Positions 26,381 to 33,285 of a stretch of 33,285 nt of DNA are shown here, piece by piece. Each line of letters starts with the position of its first letter. The first letter of the stretch is position 1. The notes under the pieces were generated by a model. The model saw only the letters and a list, made by a program, of their open reading frames with translations, ran no database searches and was not told the DNA's origin. Position numbers and translations under genes: made by a program. Source of the DNA: Pirellula sp. GTDB taxonomy: Bacteria > Planctomycetota > Planctomycetia > Pirellulales > Pirellulaceae. The stretch is from NCBI GenBank assembly GCA_032116775.1, contig JAUMAI010000370.1, positions 1 to 33,285 on the forward strand. The letters are read 5' to 3'.

Positions 26381-27511
26381 TTAGTTAGGTTGCCAGTAAC
26401 GATCTGGACGGAAGGGATTCAAGTCAACCTTGGGTGCGTTACCTTTCATACAGTCTGCGATCGCTTCAGCGGTACCGCAGGAAAGATGCAAGCCACTTCG
26501 AAAATGGCCGGCGGCAAACCATATATTGGGATGACGTGTCAAAGGACCAATATAGGGCATGCCATCAAACACACCCGGCCTCAAGCCAGCCCACGCTTTC
26601 ACTGTTTGTTCAGGCAGGCTCTCGCCAAGAATCGATTTAGCCCACATCGCCAAAGCCTCGAGTTGCTCTGCCGTGGTTTCGCAGGCAAATCCGACCTCTT
26701 CTTCACACGACCCAACCAACAAATGTCCGTCGAGACGAGGCACTAAGTATCGATGCCCTTCATTGATTACGCTGTTACAGATCGGCTGCTCCAATTGATA
26801 CAACAACATTTGTCCCCTGACCGGTAAAATGCCATTGGACAAATTGAACTTTTCAAGAAAAGCGTGAGTCCACGCTCCAGCGGTAAAGCAATAATGATCT
26901 GCAGCAACGAGCCTATCGCTGATCCTGACACCGATCACTTTTTGGTCAGCATCCCAACCCACATCGACGACTTCGGTATGCTCGTGAAGAACGACCCCAA
27001 GTTTTTGACAAGCTGAGACAAGAGCTTGAATATGGCGAGGATTACGCACTTGGCAGTCCTCCTCCACAAGCCAACCTTCTGTGGCGATTTCACCTGGCTG
27101 GATTTGATTGAGAGAGGGTTCGGCCTGGACTAGATCATCGTAATAGCAATGTTGACACTGAATCCCCTGCTCCTCCCACAGGATTTTTTGGGCTGTTAAC
27201 GTCGCTCGTTCCGCGCGGCTCCGCGCAAGGTACCAACCACCACACTGTCGGAACTCATTATCGACACCCGTTAACTCCCTTAACTCTGCGCTCCAGCGTC
27301 GATATAGCTGATGACTATAGCCTCTCAAGCGTTCATACGGATCATCGACATGGGCAAGTGAAGCCGCTGGCAAAATACCCGCGCCTGCCCAAGAAGAACC
27401 GCCACCTAGACGCCCTGCTTCGTAGACTTCAACATGCCAGCCATCGACTGCTAATCGGTAAGCGATCGATAGCCCAATGACTCCTCCGCCCACCACTACA
27501 ACCTTCGCCAT
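26381..27511 (-). CDS. FAD-dependent oxidoreductase of the DAO family, glycine oxidase (ThiO)-like
   Basis: 376 aa. Motifs: MAKVVVVGGGVIGLSIAYRLA..G..V.V.E, SWAGAGIL, and C-terminal GHFRSGL.L..GTAE. The ThiO assignment versus other DAO-family enzymes cannot be settled by eye. Confidence 0.75.
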   Translation of the reverse strand: MAKVVVVGGGVIGLSIAYRLAVDGWHVEVYEAGRLGGGSSWAGAGILPAASLAHVDDPYERLRGYSHQLYRRWSAELRELTGVDNEFRQCGGWYLARSRAERATLTAQKILWEEQGIQCQHCYYDDLVQAEPSLNQIQPGEIATEGWLVEEDCQVRNPRHIQALVSACQKLGVVLHEHTEVVDVGWDADQKVIGVRISDRLVAADHYCFTAGAWTHAFLEKFNLSNGILPVRGQMLLYQLEQPICNSVINEGHRYLVPRLDGHLLVGSCEEEVGFACETTAEQLEALAMWAKSILGESLPEQTVKAWAGLRPGVFDGMPYIGPLTRHPNIWFAAGHFRSGLHLSCGTAEAIADCMKGNAPKVDLNPFRPDRYWQPN

Positions 27512-27539
27512 CTAAACTCCCAAAATTCTTTACCGATTC

Positions 27540-28292
27540 CTAGCTCTCGGCAGAAGCTACCAATAACTCTCTATCCAAACGCTTCACCTTCAGCTGATTC
27601 GATGGGATCGGGTCGCTCAAGGACTTCAGATCGAGTCTCCATCCATGGGTTTCTTCACTGAATAATGCTCCCAACCAAGCTCTGAGTGCAAGGTACTTCC
27701 AGGCTCCTTCTCCATCACAGCCGTACATAACATCGTAGTTTCGCAGCGAGTCTAAAACCTCTTGAATCGCGACAGGATCTGCTGACGGATTACCCTCGGC
27801 TTGAAAACAAACGATGACAGGTTGATAACCGCGACGAAACGCAGCTGAAAAGTAACTTGCTAGCTTGAATTCGCAGTTGTCAGCGTCCGCCCATCGTCCC
27901 CATCTCATCGGCTGCAATCCCATGCCGGTTCGGGTCGGACCTAAATCCCAATGCTCTGTGTGGAATGAGGAACCTCCCTCCTCGCTAGCAGCGCGAACAA
28001 CAGGCTTCTGATCTGCCAAACTCTCACTCGCAACGCCGATGCCAACCAGGGCCCGACCTTTCCAGCGACGCACGAGGCGGTCGAAGTGATTTTTCTGGAA
28101 GCCACCTTTCAAATGAATGCGCCCATCAACGGCAACCCACGGCAAACAACAGCCATATCGACGCTGCCACTCTGCGGGTGCCTCAGTGGGGGAGCGAACG
28201 ATCGACGGAATTCCACAATCCTGCAGCCATTTCAGAATTTCTGGCGGATCTGGCAGACGTGCGTCGTAGTAGATTTCGACCGTTGGCATCAT
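27540..28292 (-). CDS. Hypothetical protein, co-oriented with and 28 nt upstream of the DAO-family gene
   Basis: 250 aa ORF with even coding-like composition. Its N-terminal ~75 aa have a glutaredoxin/thioredoxin-fold-like pattern (VEIYY....P..LKWL...GIP......LPWVAVDG....G) but no CxxC. The C-terminal segment YQPVIVCF....P....IQEVLDSL..YDVMYGCDGEG weakly recalls DUF2064-type nucleotide-sugar-transferase-like proteins. Both resemblances are weak. Confidence 0.55.
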   Translation of the reverse strand: MMPTVEIYYDARLPDPPEILKWLQDCGIPSIVRSPTEAPAEWQRRYGCCLPWVAVDGRIHLKGGFQKNHFDRLVRRWKGRALVGIGVASESLADQKPVVRAASEEGGSSFHTEHWDLGPTRTGMGLQPMRWGRWADADNCEFKLASYFSAAFRRGYQPVIVCFQAEGNPSADPVAIQEVLDSLRNYDVMYGCDGEGAWKYLALRAWLGALFSEETHGWRLDLKSLSDPIPSNQLKVKRLDRELLVASAES

Positions 28293-28615
28293 GAAAAAAA
28301 CGATAAAATCGGGGATTTTTTTATAAACCGTTGTTCAATTCAACAGTTTTGAGTTGGTATTCTGAGGGGCAGATTGCATTTTAGAAGGGTAAGTTCGATT
28401 GAAAACGGGGTAATTTCCCATCATTGCTGTATACAATATAGATTAGGTGCAAATTCACTTAGCATTTTTCCTCGCGGACCAGCAAACAGCGAGGACCTTT
28501 AATAAAGTCGGGAGCATTGCAGCGCAGGGAAAACATCATCCGAAGTAAACTCGTGGCCCCGCATGAAGAGTTGCTGTGGATGAAGCGTTGGGTGTTAGCG
28601 AAATAGGCATTCGGA

Positions 28616-30229
28616 ATGGCCAAAGTAACTGCGGATAAACTCGTCGAACTGATTCGCAAAAGCGGTCTGATTGAAGCCGATGTGTTAGAGACATCGCTTA
28701 ATGAGTTTCGCGTTTCTACAGGCGCACCTGCCGACGACAATCCAGACCCTTTATTGCATTGGCTGATTGACCATAAGCTGATAACCCGTTGGCACGCCGA
28801 CAAGCTAGCTCAAGGTAAATACAAAGGCTTCTTTCTGGGAAAGCACAAATTGCTTGGCCACCTCGGCACCGGTGGAATGAGCAGCGTGTACCTCGCGGAA
28901 CATCGTGCCATGCACCACAAGCGTGCGATTAAAGTACTCCCCAAGAGCCGACTGGGTAACTCATCTTACTTGGCTCGATTCCAGCTGGAAGCCAAAGCGA
29001 TCGCAGCATTAAACCATCCCAACATTGTGCGGGCCTTTGACATCGATCAAGAGAATGACACGCACTACATCGTGATGGAATACGTCGATGGCGCCGACTT
29101 GCAAACCATGGTGAAGCGGCGTCTTGAAAAATATAAAGACCAGCCCGACAAAAAGTTTCTCGACTTTGGAGTTGTGGCAAATTACATCGTGCAAGCTGCT
29201 CATGGTTTACAACACGCCCATGATGTCGGTTTGATCCATCGTGATATAAAGCCAGCTAACTTGTTGGTTAACAGCGAAGGCGTTGTCAAAATCCTCGATC
29301 TAGGCTTAGCCCTTTTCTCAGATGAAAGTCAGGCCTCTTTAACGATTGATTACAACGACAAAGTACTCGGCACGGCCGATTACTTGGCACCGGAACAAGC
29401 GCTCAACAGCCATACGGTCGACCAGCGAGCTGATATCTCGGGCTTAGGCTGTACCATGTACTTCCTACTTACCGGCCACCCACCTTTTCCTGAGGGTACC
29501 ATTGCTCAGCGAATCGCTAAGCATCAGTCCGCGATGCCTCCCGACATTCGTGTCGAACGTCCCGAGGTGCCGGGTGAACTAGAAGGCATCTGTTTTAAGA
29601 TGATCCAGAAAGACCCGAAGTATCGCTATGCAAACTGTACCGTCGTAGCGGAGGTTCTCGAGCAATGGCTAGCGAAATACAAACAGCAGCAAGCATCCGC
29701 AGTAAAATCTGCATCTAGATCGGGTGTCGACTCATCCATCGGTTTGGGTACCGAAACCCCAGCGGACAAACCCACCTCCCTGTCTGGTCGCGCCTCGCGA
29801 GAAATCGACACCGTGAGCAATGAAAGTGGCGACACGATGGGAGGTCGACCTCGATCAGGATTATCAACCTCCGACAGCGGTGTCATGCTCCCGGTCTCGA
29901 TCCAAAATATCGATTCATCCGTAGGTAGTACGATCGACTTGGAAGCAGAGATTGCTCGCAAACTACCCCGGCGTTCGGCTCCAGCCGAACGACCGGCAGT
30001 AACTCAGACTGGTCCACGTTCAGCTGCCGACAGTTCTACGGCGTCGCCCAAGCCCCTAGCCCCTGCGGCAGTCGCGGCCCAAGTTCCTCGCCCGCAGGCC
30101 GTAACGCCCCCTGCCACTCCAGTCGCCAAGCCTTGGAACAAATGGGTTCTTCTTTTCGGCCTTGCCGTAATGTTTATTGGGGCAGTTGCTTTGGGGGTGG
30201 TTCTCGCGCGTTGGCTTGACCGGCCCTAG
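28616..30229 (+). CDS. Serine/threonine protein kinase, C-terminally tail-anchored
   Basis: 537 aa. Motifs: Gly loop LGTGGMSSVY, AIKVL lysine, HRDIKPANLL, DLG, and GTADYLAPE. A Ser/Pro/Ala-rich linker leads to a single TM segment (WVLLFGLAVMFIGAVALGVVLA) only a few residues from the C-terminus. Confidence 0.92.
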   Translation: MAKVTADKLVELIRKSGLIEADVLETSLNEFRVSTGAPADDNPDPLLHWLIDHKLITRWHADKLAQGKYKGFFLGKHKLLGHLGTGGMSSVYLAEHRAMHHKRAIKVLPKSRLGNSSYLARFQLEAKAIAALNHPNIVRAFDIDQENDTHYIVMEYVDGADLQTMVKRRLEKYKDQPDKKFLDFGVVANYIVQAAHGLQHAHDVGLIHRDIKPANLLVNSEGVVKILDLGLALFSDESQASLTIDYNDKVLGTADYLAPEQALNSHTVDQRADISGLGCTMYFLLTGHPPFPEGTIAQRIAKHQSAMPPDIRVERPEVPGELEGICFKMIQKDPKYRYANCTVVAEVLEQWLAKYKQQQASAVKSASRSGVDSSIGLGTETPADKPTSLSGRASREIDTVSNESGDTMGGRPRSGLSTSDSGVMLPVSIQNIDSSVGSTIDLEAEIARKLPRRSAPAERPAVTQTGPRSAADSSTASPKPLAPAAVAAQVPRPQAVTPPATPVAKPWNKWVLLFGLAVMFIGAVALGVVLARWLDRP

Positions 30230-30414
30230 GACACTGTCCAAAACACCACCTGCTGGGTAATTGGTTCGCTACAATTCGACCTCTCAGCCCCAAGCATTCG
30301 CTTAATCCACTCCGATACGAGTACAACCGTTCCCTTCGACCGCTATCCTTAGTAGGCTAAAAGCAACGGTGAGACTATCTCTCACCCACGCCCCACGGTC
30401 GATTCCCTTCACAA

Positions 30415-32373
30415 ATGGTTCGCATGCCCATGAAATCCGCTTGCCAACTTCCAGTTGCCTCTCTCTTCGCTCGCTGGTCTTCGCTTCTGCAAGTGCGCCA
30501 AGCCTCTCTGTTGGCTGTGATGACGACATTGCTCTTGGTTGGCAACTCGTGGGGACAAGAAAAAGAGACGCTAAGCAAAGCAGAAGCTGGAAAACGCTTG
30601 AATGCACTTACAGCTCAAGTGACAGAAGCTTCGAAAGCTTTCAAGAGTGAAGACTTCGAGAAATCGGCCGAGCTAATTCGCCAGGCTCAGCAACAGCTTA
30701 TTGAATTAGCGAAACTCGGCGACAAGACGCTGATTCGCCGGCTTGAAACTACCCACAAATCACTTCAACGTGCTCACGCCATGCTAGAGCTAGAAGGCTT
30801 TACTCTCGATCCACTTCCAACTTGGAAAGAAATTGAGGAAGGCAAGATTCCCGAGAAGATGGAAGAGACCAAAGCAGGTACCGTTTCGTTCTCAAAGAAA
30901 CTTGCACCGTGGTTAGTACAATCCTGCGGTCGCTGTCATATCGACGGAAGTCGTGGAAACTTTAACATGGCTACCTTCACTGCGTTGATGAACGGACCTG
31001 ATGCTGGAAAGGTTGTATTTCCCGGAGATCCCGTTGGCAGCCGATTAGTGGAAGTCATCGAATCAGGAGACATGCCCAGAGGTGGTGGCCGGATTTCACC
31101 AGAACAACTCAACGATCTAAAAACATGGATCACAGAAGGTGCTAAGTTTGATGGTCCTGATGCGAATGCTAATTTACGCACTCTTGTTCCTAACGGAGCG
31201 GCGACTAACAACGCCGCATTGACCTTGGTGCGAGCCACTGGCAATGAAACAGTTAGCTTTGCCAATGAAGTTGCCCCGTTGCTGATGGACAACTGCAAGG
31301 GCTGTCATATTGGTGCCATGCGTAATTCGGGCAACTTAAGCTTGGACACCTTCAACCAATTGTTGCGCGGTGGTGATGGTGGACCGATCATTGTTCCGGG
31401 CAAGCCAGAAGAAAGCTTGTTGATCAAGAAATTGCGCGGAACGGCAGGCCAGCGAATGCCTGCTGGAGGAAGACCTCCCTTAGAAGATATAGCTATTACG
31501 AAGATTGCCACTTGGATCAAGGAAGGTGCTCGGTTCGACGGCCCCGATGGTGCTACAGCGATCGACCAAGTTGTCAGTATCGCGTGGATGAAAAAAGCAT
31601 CCCACGAAGAACTCACCGAACGCCGCCGCGAACGAGCATTGGCTCAGTGGAAATTGGCGATGCCAGATCGAGCACCTGATCGGGCTGAAAATGAAGACAT
31701 CCTGATACTGTCAAACATCGGCGAGACGGGCACTCAACGAGTTCTCAAGGTCGCGGAAAAAGCGTTCGCAGAATCGGCTAAGTACATCAAAGCAGAACGC
31801 GAAAAGCCATATCTGAAAGGTGGCATCATTCTGTTTGTATTTAACCAGCGCTATGACTACACAGAGTTCGGCAAGATGATCGAAAAACGTAGCTTGCCCA
31901 TCGAATGGACAAGTCACTGGGGAGGTCGCGTACTCGATGCCTATGCAGCGATGGCCTACAACTCCAACGCAACGGATGCTGCCATTGAGGGGCAATTGAT
32001 CGAGAGCTTTGTTGGTTTGCATTTAGCAGCGATTCCAACGGTTCCATTTTGGTTTTCCGAAGGTGTTGCTCGCGGTGCCGTGAATTCTTTGGTCGGTAAA
32101 GAAGATCCTCGCGTCTCAACATGGAGTCAAAATTTAGTGCCCGCCGTAAGTAGCGTGTCGTCAGCCAAAGCTGTTGTGGATAATCAAATCGGTGAAGAGC
32201 AAGCAGCGTTGGTTGGTCTGCGCGTTTCTATGGCGCTAACAGAACCCAATCGCAAGATGCTCGACGAATTTATTAAGTCACTAAGACAAGGCAATTCGTT
32301 CGAACAAACCTTGCAGCGTCTCGGCGTGACACCGGAGAAATTCCTCGAGAACGCAGGTATCGGCAAAGGCTAA
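30415..32373 (+). CDS. Secreted protein with two planctomycete-type cytochrome c (PSCyt1-like) modules and a C-terminal domain of unknown function
   Basis: 652 aa with a signal-like N-terminus. CGRCH lies at nt 30925-30939 and CKGCH at nt 31294-31308. Each is followed by the typical ...L..G.......PG.P..S.L...I......MP context. The C-terminal ~250 aa are unassigned. Confidence 0.85.
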   Translation: MVRMPMKSACQLPVASLFARWSSLLQVRQASLLAVMTTLLLVGNSWGQEKETLSKAEAGKRLNALTAQVTEASKAFKSEDFEKSAELIRQAQQQLIELAKLGDKTLIRRLETTHKSLQRAHAMLELEGFTLDPLPTWKEIEEGKIPEKMEETKAGTVSFSKKLAPWLVQSCGRCHIDGSRGNFNMATFTALMNGPDAGKVVFPGDPVGSRLVEVIESGDMPRGGGRISPEQLNDLKTWITEGAKFDGPDANANLRTLVPNGAATNNAALTLVRATGNETVSFANEVAPLLMDNCKGCHIGAMRNSGNLSLDTFNQLLRGGDGGPIIVPGKPEESLLIKKLRGTAGQRMPAGGRPPLEDIAITKIATWIKEGARFDGPDGATAIDQVVSIAWMKKASHEELTERRRERALAQWKLAMPDRAPDRAENEDILILSNIGETGTQRVLKVAEKAFAESAKYIKAEREKPYLKGGIILFVFNQRYDYTEFGKMIEKRSLPIEWTSHWGGRVLDAYAAMAYNSNATDAAIEGQLIESFVGLHLAAIPTVPFWFSEGVARGAVNSLVGKEDPRVSTWSQNLVPAVSSVSSAKAVVDNQIGEEQAALVGLRVSMALTEPNRKMLDEFIKSLRQGNSFEQTLQRLGVTPEKFLENAGIGKG

Positions 32374-32527
32374 GCCTGTTATCTGGTCGCTAGCCTAGAG
32401 CGCGAGCCTAACCTTCGTTTTTCGCGAGATAAGATCGCAACATCGTCGGCCCAGGATTCGACAGGGTACTCACGGACTTGATTTGCGCTGGGACAATTCT
32501 TCCTTTACCGCCGTCGAGCTGAAGTCT

Positions 32528-32974
32528 CTAACGATGCCCAACTAGCAAACGTGAGGAAGCAATCGCCGCGACCAACCAACCGGCGATTTGCATGACGCCA
32601 CCGAGCGGCGTGACGGCACCGAGTACTGGCAAATTGAACAGTACCAGCAGATAAAGGCTACCTGAAAAAACGACAGTACCAATAGCCAACAAAGAGATCG
32701 CTAATTGGAAGGGGCGATTCCAAAAGGGTGCGGGAAGCCCAGCAAACGCTGCCAAAGCGAGAGCGTGATAAAAGTGGTAACGAACCCCCACCTCAAATTG
32801 GGAGAGCCGTTTGGCAACCGCAGCGGGATCCAGTCCGCTTCCTTCCAAAAATCCTTGCAACCCATGGGCCTGATAGGCACCTGCCGCGACTGCCAAGGCA
32901 GCTAGGCCAGCTGCCAAAACAAAGCATCGAGCAGAATTCGTTAATAAGTGCGGTGTTTCCAGAGTTCGTTCCAT
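32528..32974 (-). CDS. DUF423 (YgdD/TMEM256-like) small membrane protein
   Basis: 148 aa with four hydrophobic segments. It has the family-like pattern AYQAHGL ... RYHFYHALAL ... FSGSLYLL ... TPLGG...IAGW. Confidence 0.8.
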   Translation of the reverse strand: MERTLETPHLLTNSARCFVLAAGLAALAVAAGAYQAHGLQGFLEGSGLDPAAVAKRLSQFEVGVRYHFYHALALAAFAGLPAPFWNRPFQLAISLLAIGTVVFSGSLYLLVLFNLPVLGAVTPLGGVMQIAGWLVAAIASSRLLVGHR

Positions 32975-33192
32975 ATTTTCTTTCCTGTCACACCGCTTTT
33001 GGTACGGCTGCCTCGGCCACTATATGTTGGCGAAGTCTCTTAGAGAAATCGCCGAGTAACAACCGCTAGATAGACATTTAGTCACCATCCGCCTGCTTGG
33101 GTTACGGCGAAATATTCTCGACAAAACCTAGATTCGTGCCCGCAGATTTTTATCGCCGGAATGAACCCCAATCGCAATTAATGGTCTAAAAT

Positions 33193-33285
33193 TTAACCTT
33201 CTGATGGCTTGGCGATCAAATTCCTTACTGTTTCCACTAATTTTTCCATCGGAAACGGTTTGCGAATATACTCATCTACTCCCAA
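33193..33285 (-). CDS. Response regulator receiver domain, C-terminal fragment (N-terminus off the right window edge)
   Basis: My own translation of the minus strand from the window end gives LGVDEYIRKPFPMEKLVETVRNLIAKPSEG*. G(A/V)D(D/E)Y(I/L)xKPF is the hallmark alpha4-beta5 motif of CheY-like receivers. It is not in the ORF track because it has no start inside the window. Confidence 0.8.
   Translation of the reverse strand: MGVDEYIRKPFPMEKLVETVRNLIAKPSEG

Noticed and set aside
28293-28460. A TPP riboswitch upstream of the hypothetical/ThiO-like unit.
   Set aside because: Reading the minus strand, the conserved CUGAGA and ACCUGAUCUGGAUAAUGCCAGCG-type elements are absent.
32449-32500. A tmRNA-like 5' signature: ggattcgacaggg...gatttgcg resembles the GGAUUCGACGGGAUUUGCG of E. 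coli SsrA.
   Set aside because: There is no GGGG acceptor 5' end. I found no tRNA-like T-arm or CCA-proximal 3' end downstream. A ~350 nt tmRNA would have to run antisense through the well-supported DUF423 gene. I treat it as a chance match, though a covariance-model scan (Infernal/ARAGORN) would settle it.

Overview
This 33.3 kb window is a chromosomal segment, most likely from a Planctomycetota (Pirellula/Rhodopirellula-like) genome. That assignment is an inference from three things: a protein with two planctomycete-type CxxCH cytochrome modules, two giant proteins with dockerin-like repeat pairs and Arg/Lys-rich 'LExR' N-termini, and a tail-anchored Ser/Thr kinase. About two thirds of the window is housekeeping. 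It includes ftsH (5' part, runs off the left edge and is absent from the ORF track), recQ, trpB-trpA, queC, a yraN-like gene, and the SRP/ribosomal cluster ffh-rpsP-trmD-rplS. The accessory part is a tandem pair of large surface/secreted proteins (868 aa and 1533 aa). Other genes are a PA0069-type radical SAM gene coupled to a variant HD-like gene, two FAD oxidoreductases, a hypothetical gene, a DUF423 membrane protein, and a response-regulator 3' fragment at the right edge (also absent from the ORF track). I found no tRNA, rRNA, CRISPR array, transposase or integrase. Three observations stand out. (1) A near-perfect 8 x 20 bp head-to-tail repeat array lies inside the trmD-rplS spacer. (2) The two giant genes share an unusual modular architecture and have no recognisable hydrophobic signal peptide. 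(3) A repeat and nested-hairpin cluster sits in the 604 bp ffh/giant-gene divergent spacer. Nothing here is unambiguously a novel system. All functional calls rest on motifs read by eye and need HMM or BLAST confirmation.
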